DNA of 64,000 nucleotides from Octopus vulgaris (taxonomy: Eukaryota), in assembly GCA_951406725.2 (NCBI GenBank), contig OX597832.1, forward strand, positions 33,418,001-33,482,000, written 5' to 3'. The notes below the pieces were generated by a model that made no database searches, was not told the DNA's origin, and saw only the letters and a program-made list of their open reading frames with translations. The position numbers and the translations under genes were made by a program. This document shows, piece after piece, positions 29,584 to 44,974 of this stretch (position 1 is its first letter; every line of letters starts with the position of its first letter).

Positions 29584-29585
<2 letters not shown>
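29274..29585 (-). mobile_element. PLE-type terminal repeat family X, copy 3
   Basis: Closely similar to the reverse complement of 1352-1573; inverted arms near 29274-29316 and 29490-29532; hammerhead-like motif 29433 to 29390. Confidence 0.65.
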
Positions 29586-29620
<35 letters not shown>

Positions 29621-30634
29621 GAGAGAGAGAGAGCAATAAGATAATGGAGGGGATTAATAGGTGGTTCATCAACTTTTAGACATTATATTATATGTTAACT
29701 TATTTATTTACTAAACTGGTTTACTAAAGGCGTTTGTGTAGACCAATGTTTCTCTGTGTGAGCGTAGTTGATTGTCTTTCGCTATAAACCTAGCATATGA
29801 ACACGGTTGTAGGTGTGTGTATGTGTGTGTGTGCGTGTGTGTGTATGTGTGTGAGTGAGTGTGTGTGAGCGTGTGTGTGTGACTAGCATGTTAGTTACAA
29901 ATTACTTGCAATGCTCCATCTGGATCCGATTTGTTTTCTGATGCAGGTGAAGAACCTAATTATTTGGTAACATAGAAAATATCCATCACCGCGTCGCCAC
30001 AAAAATTAAGCAATGAGCACGGTTGCAGTCGAATATTACTGAAACAGCTCAGGGTATGATGCCTTCTCGAAACCGAGGAACTGGAGTCATGTATTTCTCT
30101 TGAAAATTCCATGTAACGATATAGAAATTCGTTTGTCGGCCAATCAATGTGGTAATTATTTAAACAGACACTAAATTAATAACTTCATTTGATAAACAAC
30201 AATAGAATCGTACATTTGTCTGTGTATGCATGTGTCAGTCTGATGCTAGCTGTCAGCGTCTACGCATGTGTGTCCGTCTGTGCATACATATATCCGTATG
30301 CATATGCTCGTATATGTTTGTGTCTTTGAGTGAGAGATTACCATTAACTCATTTCTCCAATTAACGGCACCTGCAATTACCATAATGTTCAATCGAATTA
30401 ACATTTTCCTTTTAAATAGTGTCGGAGATTGTGCAGCATCAATTATTCATTGTTATAGAAAATGTTTTGAATTGCTCAGCAATTTCAACTTGTAGAAATT
30501 CATCAGAGAGATTCCATTTTGCTTTTGTTTATTTTCGCCATTTTTAAAATGATATTAATATCTGCTTCTATGATCTCTCTCCCCCTCACCCTCTCCCATC
30601 CTCTCTCTCACTTGTCTCCCCTTCCCTCACTCTC

Positions 30635-30678
<44 letters not shown>

Positions 30679-30817
30679 TTCCCTCTCTGTCAGTCGCTAT
30701 CTCTCTTCTAGTCTGTCTCTATTTTCCCCTTCATTCTCTGTAAAATTAATTTTCACATTTCTCTAATGTATTATTGTTGTTGCTGCTGCAGCTCCAACAA
30801 AACCTGTGATAAAGAGA

Positions 30818-30903
<86 letters not shown>

Positions 30904-31377
30904 CAACAAGAACAAAAACAACGACGACAGCAACAACAACAACTTTAAGAAGAGAGACAATGATTGAGAACAAGAGGATGACGACGAATGCGATGAAAAC
31001 TGCGCTGAGGCAGAGGAGGACAACGAATCCGATGTTAATGATGAAAATAATGATGTTAATTAAACCAGCTAAAGATGGTTAAGTTTGCGGATCTACAAAG
31101 GCCGCACGGTGATGTTGGTTTGCCGGCTTTGGCTTGCGTTTATACTGTTATCTATCTATCTTCTATTCTCTGCCTCACACTGCACACACACACATAGACA
31201 CATACAAACACACAAACACACACACACGGTATTCCTCCATGCTGGCATTCGAGTTTGTCGATACAACTCATCAAGATGCAGGAGCGAAGAACAGGTATGG
31301 TGATGCAAACAGGGAAAATAGCACACTTCTAATTGTATTGTTTGCATCAACATACTTGTGTATATATATATATATAT

Positions 31378-31475
<98 letters not shown>

Positions 31476-31528
31476 TATATATCTATATGTATGTATGTAT
31501 GCATGTATGTATATATATATATATAATA

Positions 31529-31875
<347 letters not shown>

Positions 31876-33062
31876 ATCTTTATATCGGATTTAAAGTGGA
31901 AATACTTTATGAATGCCATAGAACTTCGATAGTCGTCCTGAGAAAATATATCGTCTGGATGTACAATACAAAATCCTTCGAATATCAGCAGCGGGTAATA
32001 AATGCCCACCATTCACCTTGGAACTACCCGATCACTTGATTTCATTAGGCTTGTGCTTCATTCATAAACTTCAAGTAATCAGTGTGTTCCTCTCTCATTC
32101 CTGGACATCTCTTATCCATCTCTGATACCTCATGTACATTTTAGCACTATACAACTATAGGATAAACTTTCTGGGTGGGGATACCCACCTCTATGACGTT
32201 CTTAAAGTATATCTATTTTAGGGAGGACATACCTGGTTGTTATTTACTGCTAATACTGCTTGCATCGACAATGATACACCTTGGGCGCACACACACATAG
32301 ATGTATAGCGTCTTTACACATGTATGTATATTTAGAGTGTTTTAAGATCAGAAAGAAAGCCACGGTATTGCTGAGTAAAGTAAGTGAGGGAAACAATCAA
32401 GGGTTTTGAACAGTCAGTGCTTGTTAAGTTCGGAAATACATGGAAAAGAAATGACGTATCTAAGAGGGAAAAAAGAAAGGCGACTTCGCCTCAGCATTTC
32501 ATCCTTACTCGTTCGATAAACTAAAGAACAGTTGAACACCGCGTTCGAGTTAATCGACTTACCCCTCCCCTAACATTGCTCGCCATGTGCCAAAAGTTAT
32601 TCTGAAATATTAGTAGTAGTAGTAGTAGTAATAGTACTATGTGTAATAGTCATAATGATAACTGTTTTTTTTCTTCTGCAAAGCGTTAAATTAGAATGAT
32701 GACAGAGGAGAGCATCAAGAACATAGAACACCCCGCTCCCCCACCCCAGTTCCTAATAAAACATTCCATATCGAATATTAAAACAAAAGCCAGCCGCATA
32801 AAGATCTTACATACAGTTTTACGAACAATAATATAGTAATTAAAACGGCTTTGGCTTCCTCTGAATATTCATTTAAATAATTTCTGTCTGAAAATAATGA
32901 ATTCCATGTTTTTAAATTGATTTCATACATTATTGATAACTTATGAATAAACTGAAGAATTTGGGGATAGAGAATCGGTAGATTGCGGGACAAAGCACCA
33001 GAGTGCGTTCAGTGAGGTCAGTTAAGTCCACTTCCGCCGTACTTCCGCAATCGATGAAATTG

Positions 33063-33106
<44 letters not shown>

Positions 33107-33479
33107 TGATATCTCTCTCCGTTAATCTCCCTCTTTCATTCACCTTTCTTACTCTATTTCTTTATGACCTTATCTCTCTCCCAATCTCTCTATTTCTCTC
33201 TGTCGGACTATCTCTCTTTCTATCGCATATGTGTATATATATATATATATATATCAGTCACATTTTCTCTCAATTTTTTTAATTCTCAATTATTGTCTGA
33301 CTCTGTTATCAATATCTCTCACTATACCTCCTTTAAAAGCCCTCACGTAGTCCCCCCTCTCTCTCACATACACACGCGCACACACACACACACACAAAGA
33401 GGGAATGTGGGCATTTTGAAAATATCTCACGAATTGACGTGCCCTGTATACAGGAGGCTGCCTTTTCATTCCGTTTTCC

Positions 33480-33790
33480 AGGGATGCGGCGAAGTCATGG
33501 CAGTGCAGCAATTTGGTTTGTGAAGAGGCAATGGAAGAGTGCACGTGGGCCAGTAATGCTTCTAACAGTGATGCGAAGCGAATGAATCCTGGAAGAGTAA
33601 CGGTCAAGTTCTATGAAGAGTTAATCTGTATCGTATCGATTGGGGCAGCGTCCATGGTTATGAGATCAGCCAATGAAGGATTCCAGACGAATCAAGATCC
33701 CAATTCAAATATGAATAATAACATGGTGAACGATGGAATTGGATGGCGACAGAGTCACGGGAATCCGTACAAGCGGCGGAACTGGATGCT
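33480..33790 (+). mobile_element. Possible RTE-like LINE 3' end, highly degraded
   Basis: Ends GW R..VTGIRTSGGT just before a (CT)n/(CA)n tract, resembling RTE C-termini; many frameshifts. Confidence 0.35.
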
Positions 33791-33913
33791 CTCTCTCTCA
33801 CACACACATATGAGTATCTCTCTGTCAATGCCTAGTAACCCATGCCTTTCTATCTGCTCTGTCTTTTTCGCCCACTCTCACTCCCTCTCTTATTCTGCCT
33901 TCTGTCTCTGTCT

Positions 33914-33945
<32 letters not shown>

Positions 33946-36024
33946 CTCCGTCTTTGAAATCCAGGCCCGCAGTGAATTTGATCATTACTCCTTGACCCAA
34001 CATCTCCTTATGAAAACAATAACTAGCACACTATATAACCCCTGTGTGTCTCATCACTGATTAATCCTGAACCCGAGGGTAACGGTTAGCTGGAGATCAG
34101 AGCAATGAACTTCGAATTGTGTCTTTCTTTCAGTTTGGTAGCCATATTTGTCATCTTTCATAAAATGTAAAATAAATTAGGCACAACCAAATGTATTCCT
34201 CTGTCACGTGGGTCACGGGGGATTCAAAAGCTAGTAACAACAGTTACTTTTCTTTAAACGTTAATTTAGATTCATGACAGAGCCGGTAAAATCAAAACGG
34301 TTAACGAACGTTTAATTAGAATTTTTATATAAATCACAATAATGATATATAAAGTCCTCCGATGGGAAAGAAGGCCGAAAGATGCCTGCAGGACACGAAC
34401 CACGTATTTTGTGATGGTTTCTCCTGAGGATTTTGATAATTAGTTATTGCCAAAATAGTTCTGTCATTTCTAATTTGATAGTTTTAAGTAACTAAAATTC
34501 TTAGTTTAGTACATTAAGTATGATAGTTGCAGTGTCTCTCCGTCTCCCTGTCATGGCTGTCTGTCTCTAACGCCCCTCTATCTCATCTCTACCTCTCCCC
34601 TCTCTTTGCTCTTCAATTTCTATGGAACAGTTGCTTCGGTTAAAATTATAAGCACACCTGAATTCGTTATACAAACCTACACACACACACACACACACAC
34701 CGTTCATACATTCATTCATACATACCACTGCACACTGACTGATGTAGTCCTAGTAATACTATGCTTCGAACTCAAATGAAACAATTCTCATTGCTTTGAT
34801 ATAACAGAGCAATGATTGCTAAAGGACACCAACGAGGAAATACACACACACACATATATACACATATACACACACATACACACATACACACATACATACA
34901 TAACACGCACGCACACACATACACACACGTGTACACATACACACACATACACACGCACGTACACACAATCACACATACACACACGTACACACATACTCAC
35001 TTATAGACATATACACACATACATGTACACAAGCACACGTATACACGTACGCACACGAACGCACGTACACACACGTACACACAATCACACACATACACAC
35101 ATGTACATACATACACACACATTCATACGCAGACACACATGTGTTCGTTGGTGTAGGAATAGCCCTACATTTACTGTGTCCGAACAAAAGATTACACGGT
35201 TACCACAGTCCAGAGTCTTTGCAAGGCAAAACAACAAAATTTCGTTGCTTATTTTATTTGTCAAAACCTAAGACCCAACGTCGCTCCGTACCGTTTCCCT
35301 ATCGTTTCCACTTTCAAACGCAGCTCACGAGTCCTTAACACCCAAAAGAAAACAACTTCTCATTTTGTGTTCTAATCTCCGCTGGAGATCTCTTTAAACT
35401 AAAGCATTCTATCCATCCTTACAACAATATAATTCTTTTCACTTTTCAATACTTCATATGCTCCATAGGATTATGAAAGGTTTCCTAAAAATCTCGTTTT
35501 CATTTTCTATTAATCTATTGCCAAATTATATTTGCTAATCAATATAAGTTTTTGAATATGTGACAATGCGTACTTTCTTCTTACATTTCTCATTTAAATT
35601 GCCAATTAAAACATCGTAGCCATAGTAACGACGTAATTGTAATCAAACATTAACACAACGATGCATCAAAGTGAATCTGAACCAACAACTGGACAGACAA
35701 CCATTGCGACGCAACAACCTCACAACGCGCTTCACCTGTAAATAGGTATTTCTGCTTCTAAATTCTATCTCATGGTTTTAAATTTCTTCAATTAGAAACT
35801 GCCATCGGATTCCATTCATGGCAACGTTATGTGTTCCGTTTTTACACATTTTCTTGTTTCATTCCATATTCAAAAAGTAATTTCGTTATAATAATCTTGT
35901 AAGGAAATTGCAAACAGAAAAAAAAGAGTTAAATATATGGGCAAAAATTAATATTTTATTAGGGAGCTGGCAGAAATATTGCGATCATTGCTAAAAAAAA
36001 AATATTGTGTAGATACATACATAC

Positions 36025-36063
<39 letters not shown>

Positions 36064-36205
36064 GTATGTATAAACACATTAAATACATATAACTATATGT
36101 AGATATATGCGCAAATGTATTCGAATGAACTCCATTTTCAAATGCTTTTATGAAAACATCAGATTAAGGCTATGCATTGAAATTATTGTTACCGTATATT
36201 ACTTG

Positions 36206-36286
<81 letters not shown>

Positions 36287-36297
36287 ATGTATATATG

Positions 36298-36344
<47 letters not shown>

Positions 36345-36388
36345 AGACATATACATATGTATGTATACAAAATATGACAGGCAATAAT

Positions 36389-36422
<34 letters not shown>

Positions 36423-37425
36423 ATAACAGAAAAGTATTAAAAGTCCAAGGCAAATGCTTTATAATCACTGTGTAGCGATGGAGACTTGATTGACTATACC
36501 CCTTGAAACCTATCGTAATCTAAACAGGCAGTAAGCTTCCTTATCACCCCTTGTCTAATGCGTAAATCCAGATTTCAAACACGGCGTAAATTTAGTGAAG
36601 GATTACAGAGTATAATAAGCAAATCACGGAAGACTGGCGAATCCTATATTATTTACTCACCTTTTGGATAGACTGGCAAATTCAAAAAAGGAGCGTTTAG
36701 TAATGTGTCTCACATTTTATAGACTATGTTTCTAAGTATTTTTTAATTTCTTTTTAATTCATTATTTTAATTTCTGTATTTTGAAAACTTTTTTATATCT
36801 ATTATATTACAATTATAATTTTTGAAGCTTTATTTATTAAGGCAATATAATTTTTAATAAAATAACCTCCTTAGGGAATAATAGATTCATTATTTTCCTT
36901 TGGACTTCTCATTAACTCAGGTTTTATCTTCTACTCCTGAATATATAATATATTTATTCTACATTTATTCTATATATATGTATTCTACATACCTCCACTG
37001 TGTATTGAAAGTGGTCAGCGGAAATGTGGTAGTAATCTTATCATAAACATTCTTCAAGCGTCGTGGAGGATACATAGAACTGTGTATCATTTCACAATCT
37101 TATCATTTTCTGATAAATATAATTCCCTACGTAGTTCTGCTGAAATGACTCACTACTCTGTATATTAGGCGTGTGTGTTTTGTTTTGCTACATTCTCCTT
37201 TAAAATGTTTTATCAATTCAAAGCAGTGAGGTATAGCTTTGAAAAGGATAAGATGGTGCTAAACATCTATATCGCTGTAGAATCTTATGCGATGAAATAC
37301 GTGATCGATTAGCCTACGATTAGCCTACGTCGCAGGTTTGGGAATTGGCCAATCAATCCGAAACATGCGTAAGTTTATTAAATAATGAATAATTCGTAAA
37401 TATTTTGTGTTTATATATATATATA

Positions 37426-37805
37426 GGGGCAAAAGCCCCCCCCCCCCCACTGTCCAATGGACAGTCCTGAGTTGTCAAACATTTAAACCAAATTTTCTCA
37501 AAACAACTTGTCCGACCGTCCTTTGAGAAACACTGACTTAATCTAAATTTGAGACACCAGCAAAAGAATAAATGAAGATAGACTTTTTTCTATTCCAAGA
37601 AAAACGATTTTACAAATACACGTTACCACGGCTTTATCGATCGCATTCTCACCTGGAAGCGTTTTTGCAATTTTTTTCAAGACTTGTATACGCTCTGATA
37701 CCGTCGGTATCTACATATTAAATTTGAGTGCAATCGGATGGAGGATACCCGAGATCCTAGAGGACACATACACACACACAGACAAAACGGATATATATAT
37801 ATTTA

Positions 37806-37810
<5 letters not shown>
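37426..37810 (+). mobile_element. Possible non-autonomous Helitron/Helentron (HINE-like)
   Basis: 3' part AAATTTGAGTGCAATCGGATG..GAGATCC..(CA)n CAGAC..TTTATGATATA resembles DINE-1/HINE-type ends; inserted in (TA)n. Confidence 0.45.
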
Positions 37811-37865
<55 letters not shown>

Positions 37866-39588
37866 GTATGCGTGAGTGTGCGTATATGTGCTTGTGTATA
37901 TACATTATAATGCATATCTGTGTAATCATATCCCATACGATCAGGTATATAACTCATAGTTGTATTAGTATCAAGTTTCCTTTTCCCCTGTCGGCCATGG
38001 TCAACTCAATGTTTGTACAGTTCATACAAACAGAATTGTTTAAAGTGTCTCACATAAAGTTCAGTTCATTCGTATGAAATTATACTAAACGATGTTTTAA
38101 GACGCCAAAATATTCCTTCACTCTATTGATCGTGACTTCAAGATAATTCATTAACACTGAAACGAAAGAAGGAAAAAAAAGAGCTGAGAGGCACTCGATA
38201 GAAGAAAGCAAGGAACCGGAAGAGAATGATGTGACACGACTCGATGTTGTTATGACTCGATGGACGTCATAGATATTTATACATACACACACAAACACAA
38301 ATATTCACAAACATGTGTGTGTTTATGCTTGTGTGGGTGTATATATACATATAGAGAAACACACAAACACACACACACAGACACACACATATATATATAT
38401 ACATATATATATACATACGCATACATATAGGCAAACAAACATATGTATGTATACACACAAATACACACATGACTCTTTCTCTCCCTCTCTCTCTCTCTTT
38501 CTCTCTCTCCACACACACATATATATATATACACACACAAACATAAATATATATTGAACTATTTATATATATATGTGTATATCTATGTAATGTATGTATG
38601 TATGTAACGTATGTATGTATGTGTGTGTGCGTGTGTGTGTGTGTGTGTATGCATTATGTGTACACATTCCCAAATGATCACTGGCAAGAACATCTCAGTG
38701 GATACAGCTCTCGTTATTAGGTGTTACTCTAATTTCGAGGCGAGAGCACACATTTTAAATAGAATGTGAGGAGAGCCAGGCTATTTAATATCTGCTTCAT
38801 AATGGAAGTAATAATGTATATTAAAACATGAATAAAGAAAAAAGATTTTCGTTTAGAAAATCTTAATGGGAAACTGGCTATTTATGGAAAAAGCCCATAA
38901 CCATCACACCCACCACAACCCTCACAAAGATTTGTGCACACTTACACACACACACGCACACACACGCACATGCACACACTCACACACACACACACAAACA
39001 CACACAAACACTCACACACGCATTCAGACCTGCAAATATATATTGAGATTTATCTACAGGTATATGCACACACTTCCAAACATATATGCATGTAGAATAA
39101 CTACTGCTTATATATAAATATTAGAATGCATATTGATGTGGGTGTGTAGCGCTTCAATTAACTATCTCTGTCAATCTTTCTTTTTCTCTCTCTTTCTCCT
39201 CTCTCCCCTTCTCTCTATATGTATAAGTGTGTGTGTGTGTGTGTGTGTGTGTGCATTGACATTTATTCTTGCAAACATAAATATGAATATACATACGTGT
39301 ATATGCGTGCGTGTGGGTCTACATATATATACGTACACACATACACACGTTTGTATACATACTTACACACATATATATATTTATATATATATACAAACAT
39401 TATAAATGCATATATATATCTTCACTTGTACGTGTGCACGCGTGCGAGCAGGGGGCGGGGGTCCACGAACGATTCCTTCTCTGTTTCTCTTTATACTTTT
39501 ATAATCATTTTCTCTTTTTGTTTCTTTATCTCTCACTGCATTTCTCTCGGCACAACACTTACACGCGCGCACACATACGCACATACCT

Positions 39589-39644
<56 letters not shown>

Positions 39645-39681
39645 TTATATATATATATACATATACATATATATATATATT

Positions 39682-39715
<34 letters not shown>

Positions 39716-40401
39716 CACACAAACTTACACACACACGTACCCATATATGCAACCCACTCACTCTTGATGTCACCCACCTTACTCATAATATGCTTCTCTT
39801 ACCCTCACACACACACATTCAACATTGCCAATATTGACGCTAATCAGAGGAAGAAATACAAATAAATAAAGCACACAACTAACAAATAAAAAATATAGAT
39901 AAAACAAAGAAGACCCACCATATCTCTGTAACAAGTAACAATAGCTATTAATGTGATATATAATTGAATTAACAGAGACCTCAATTCTTTCGTTGAAATG
40001 CCAATGGTTGCTGAATTTTATTATTGCCTTCAGGGTCAAATTGAGAATTTGTTATGTCGTAAACAAAATTTCACACTAAGTAAGGTCATATTTATCACAG
40101 ACTAAATAATACATTTCAATAGAATTCTTCATTTTACCAATCATTATAGTTATTTGCGGTTTTTCACTTTTTCTTATATTCTTTTATTTTTCTGTCTTCG
40201 TCTGTCCATCTGACTTCGGAATTTTATCAATCACACCTCGTTGTGTTTTGTTCGTTCGTTATTATTACACCATTATAAATTGGTGTGTGTGTGTGTGTTT
40301 GTGTTTGTGTGTGTTTATGTACGTATGTATTTATATAAGTATGTGTGTATTTATGCACGTATGTACATCTGTATATGTATATGCATATACGTATGTGCAA
40401 A

Positions 40402-40446
<45 letters not shown>

Positions 40447-40554
40447 TGATAGATAGATAGATATAGATAGATATCTATGTATGTGTGTATGTATGTGTGT
40501 ATGCATGTATGTATGTATATATGTATATTGAGAACTCCTAAGTTTGTGTTCACC

Positions 40555-40780
40555 TCCTGCGTCTTCATGGCCGCCAGGAGTATAGATGCGGATGTGGCGA
40601 AGTTACGTGCTACTTATAATGGTGAAATGGCAAGTAACCTCTTTCAGATGTTCTGACTTGGATGGCTAAAGAATGATGGTTGTAAATATAATTGCTTTTG
40701 ACGCGGGGCTGTTTCCATGACAACTAGCCACACACTGGTTTGCACTATTGACATAGAGACTTCAACATACGGACGACATG
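40555..40780 (-). mobile_element. Possible RTE-like LINE fragment
   Basis: Minus strand SWKQP..KQLY resembles RTE SWxQHPTKxQLYG; degraded. Confidence 0.3.
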
Positions 40781-41179
40781 GACACGGAGTCGTCGGGTCT
40801 CTCGAAATTATTCTCGTTGCTTAGACGACGGTTAACTCTGGCTGTCCAGAACGTTTTGCCTCGGCGAGTGGAGCTGAAAAATGACAACGGAAATATTATC
40901 TCCCTAATCAACGGAAATATTATCTCCCTAACTTGTCAAAAGTTTTGCGAGAAATCACAGCCATATCACCCTCACATCAAACATTATTAACATGAAGATG
41001 AGTACAACATACATTGAATAATACAATCCCAAAGGCACGATGTTTAAGTAAAAGGCACGTTAACGGTGGGGCGCCGACATTGATCCAACGTCTGCTTCAA
41101 TTATCCCCGATCGGGGCCCTAACAACAATAACAGCAGCTACAACAACAAACAACAACAACTTATGTTACTGTTGCTGCT

Positions 41180-41248
41180 GCTACTACTACTACTACTACT
41201 ACTATTATTATTACTACTACTAGTAATAATGATAATAATAATAATAAC

Positions 41249-41300
<52 letters not shown>

Positions 41301-41436
41301 TGAAGAAGAAGAAGACGAAGACGAAGAAAAAGAAGAAGAAGAAGAAGAAGAAGAAGAAGAGGAAGAAAAAGAAGAAGAAGAAGAAGAAGAAGAAGAAGAA
41401 GAAGAAGAAGAAGAAGAAGAAGAAGAAGAAGAAGAA
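41180..41436. repeat. Compound (TAC)n-(TAA)n-(GAA)n microsatellite
   Basis: Directly visible. Confidence 0.97.
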
Positions 41437-41771
41437 TAGTAATAATACATCAGGAGGAGCAACTATTACAGATTGAGAAAATACAGAAAAACAACGAAAA
41501 TCAGCCATAAGGTGAAAATAGTTTGAGGAATCTGATATTCCTTGTGCTACTTAATATCGTAACTAAGCGAAACACCGTAACTTCTCGGAGAACCATTTCT
41601 TTTGCCATCAATTCTTTTATAACTGGATTGAGCTCTAAACAGACAGACAGATACAGAGAGTGAGAGGGAGAGAGAGAGATAGACAGACAGAGAGTGAGAC
41701 AGACGGAGAGGCAGAGACAGAGAGACTGAGAGAGAGATACAGAGTCAGAGAGAGACAGAAACAGAGAGACT

Positions 41772-41807
<36 letters not shown>

Positions 41808-41822
41808 TAGAGACAGAGAGAC

Positions 41823-41853
<31 letters not shown>

Positions 41854-42263
41854 GACAGAGAAGTTATTGTAGGGAATGGTTTAGATGAGAGAGACAGTCA
41901 CTGGCTGACTATTCCATAACCTTTCAAATTCTAAGAAGAGAGGTTGGTCGCTATCTGACAAGGTAACATCTTTTAAAGGAACGGCTTCCTTCTTCTGCCG
42001 TATCTTCCAGGTGTAAAGTTCACTCACGCACGGACATATAAAAGCACAGATGAGGAAAGACAGAAAATGCACGCACTCATGCGAACGAGTTTGTGTGTGT
42101 GTGTGTGTGTGTGTATGTGTGCATGTGCAGTAAGATGTATGTGCGGAACTGAAGGAATTTTACGTGCGCGCGCATGCATCTGTTCAGAGAAATACACATG
42201 TACGCTTTTGTATATGCATGTGTATATATACATATACATAAAATATAAATTGTATATGTATGC

Positions 42264-42302
<39 letters not shown>

Positions 42303-42529
42303 GAAATTCATATGTGCACTGTGGATCGGGTCACCTTCTCTGTGATGCTATTAAGACTTTTTTGAAATTCTGTGATGCTATTAAGACTTTTTGAAATTCT
42401 GTAATAAGACTGTAAATCATCTTTAAAGAACTTTAATGAACTTTTGAAATCTGTTTATGTTATTTAATTATCTACATTACTTCATGAGTATAGCCTCAAC
42501 CACTAGGATGTCTAGAGAACTCACATGTA

Positions 42530-42620
42530 TTTTAGCTGATGAGTACGGGACATGTTTATATGCTGTAATTTTTGCAACTTTTAATAAAACCTGTCCTTGT
42601 ATGAAACGATCGTACTAAAA
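42530..42620 (+). ncRNA. Type I hammerhead ribozyme, intact core, palindromic helix III
   Basis: TTTTAG CTGATGA [GTACGGGACA..TGTCCTTGTAT] GAAA CGATC GTA CTAAAA; helix I is 6 bp and perfect; ACGATCGT palindrome. Confidence 0.8.
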
Positions 42621-42651
42621 ACCTATCCATTCTTGTTGCTTCATTCTCGCT

Positions 42652-42686
<35 letters not shown>

Positions 42687-42703
42687 TAGTATATCTATGT
42701 ATG

Positions 42704-42737
<34 letters not shown>

Positions 42738-42764
42738 AGTATATATATATATATACATATATAT

Positions 42765-42823
<59 letters not shown>

Positions 42824-43549
42824 TGTATGTATATATGTATGCACAGATATAGATACATGCATATCTGTAATTAGCATTCGGTCTCTTTCTCTCCTTCTCT
42901 CTCCTTCTCTCTCTCTCTCTCTCTCTCTGTATATATGCACACAAACGCATACATAAGAGGGCACACATACATGCACGAATATATGTATGCCCCTATATGC
43001 ATGTAGATACATGAGCAATCCATTGCACATGCACATAGAGATACAGTTATGTTTCATGGTGAACGATTATATACATGAAAAGATAACACAACGATAGAAT
43101 ATTATATAAGAAACTAAAGATTTTGGGAAGAATGTTTTGTTTTCACCTCTGCCTCCTCCATTAACAACATGTTCTCTTTTTTTCCTTTTACTAAATTTTT
43201 GGTTAAGGAACCTTACATCTTTTATCGGAATTTTATTTGATATGGAATTATCAGAGAAGTGCCACCGGTGCAACATTACGAGTCATTTCCTATATTGTGT
43301 TGTCAGAGGATGAGAAGAAAGGAAAGTTAGAACAACGTGTATCAATCGTTGAAGAATTGTTCCTCAAGCTAAGAATCGTTTATTGATGCAATTTGGTAAG
43401 AAGAGGTGAGCCAGGGTAGAAAAAGGGAAGACGAAAAAAAAAATACGCAGTAACGACGGTGCAACATGCTCGTAACACTACCCACGCATACAAACTGATA
43501 TCTCTTCCCTTGTATGTAAAGCGAATGCGATGTGTGTGAGAGTGTGTGC

Positions 43550-43580
<31 letters not shown>

Positions 43581-43705
43581 CACGCGCTTGTGTGTGCATG
43601 ATAGATGAATGCAAGCGTAGCTTTCGCTTTATATGTACAAGTGTGTACGTAATGAACATACATATATCTATATATATAGAGAGAGGAGTAGAGCCAGAGA
43701 GAGAC

Positions 43706-43789
<84 letters not shown>

Positions 43790-44059
43790 GGATGGATAGA
43801 TGGATGGATGCTTACGTCAATGCATGCATACAGAAGTACATTAATACAAGCATGCATAATCGCGGAATGGTTTTCAGAACAACTAGGAAATATAAGATAC
43901 CGGTTTCGATCGCAATATGCAGAAATATGGATAAGTCATTATAAATGTTGAATCGAGTCAAATGGATAGTTTCCTGTGCAAGAAATACTCGGGCCACATG
44001 CAGCAACATTGTTGATAAACGTCTTAAGAGGAAGCGCACGACGTGCAAATTTCCCTTTT

Positions 44060-44297
44060 CTCATTCGCTTGTTTAGACACAAGTTGTGACCATGCTGGGG
44101 CACCACCTCCCAGAAATTTAGTCCAAAATAATCGACCTCTGTACTTATTTTTGTTTCAAGTTTGTTTGCTAAACTGTTAAGTTATGAGACGCAAATACAC
44201 CACCAGAGGTTGTCAAGCGGTGGTGGAGGACAACCACAAAAAGAAATACACACGCAAAGATGAACAGACATATATATACGTACATATATATATAAAT

Positions 44298-44372
<75 letters not shown>

Positions 44373-44525
44373 GTATATACGACGAGCTCCTTTTCCTTTT
44401 CCATTTTCCTAATCCAGTCAGAAGGCGTTGGTCGGCCTGAGGCCATAGTAAAAGGCACTTGCCCCGCATTAAGACTGAATATGGAACCATGTGATTATGA
44501 AGCAATCTTCTCTCTACACGCCACA
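44060..44525 (-). mobile_element. SINE family B with internal (TA)n/(CA)n
   Basis: GACCATGCTGGGGCACC, GGTTGTCAAGCGGTGGTGG, GGTCGGCCTGAGGCCATAGTA, GGAACCATGTG. Confidence 0.8.
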
Positions 44526-44919
44526 TCTGTGCCGAAGGAAAACGATAGTCTATTAGCTATTTCAAGTCTATCTTCTCTACCCAACATCAATGGTCTATCA
44601 ACATATGTGAGTTCTTTTTTGTATCACAACTTGGAAATGAAAATTGAACGTCCAAACTTGTTTCAATGTATCAGGCTGATTCTGCAAGACTTTTACATTT
44701 GGTGTATGTGTGTATGTGTGCGAAATAACCATCCGATAACAACAACATCTCACGATTAATAGGAAGATAAATGAGTTGATGAAACAACTCAATATTTAGC
44801 ATCGAAAGTGGTAGAAAGGCATCACTAATTTCAATACAATTCTAGAATACAGCCATCCACAGGCGTGCCTGCTCCTATATTGGTATATATACATTTTTAT
44901 ATATACATAAATATATAAT

Positions 44920-44974
<55 letters not shown>

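Noticed and set aside
30465-30512. Minus-strand CTGATGA..GAAA TTGC tga GCAA TT hammerhead-like string
   Set aside because: Helix III forms but helix I cannot and helix II is out of register.
37280-37375. TCCGAAACATGCGTAAG, like a PLE hammerhead 3' half, downstream of a weak EALFIK GIY-YIG-like stretch near 36825
   Set aside because: No credible CUGANGA or helix I; too degraded to call.
40885-42400. Short tandem duplications (24 bp at 40885-40931, about 30 bp at 42339-42397)
   Set aside because: Two-copy slippage duplications without spacers; not CRISPR-like or otherwise informative.
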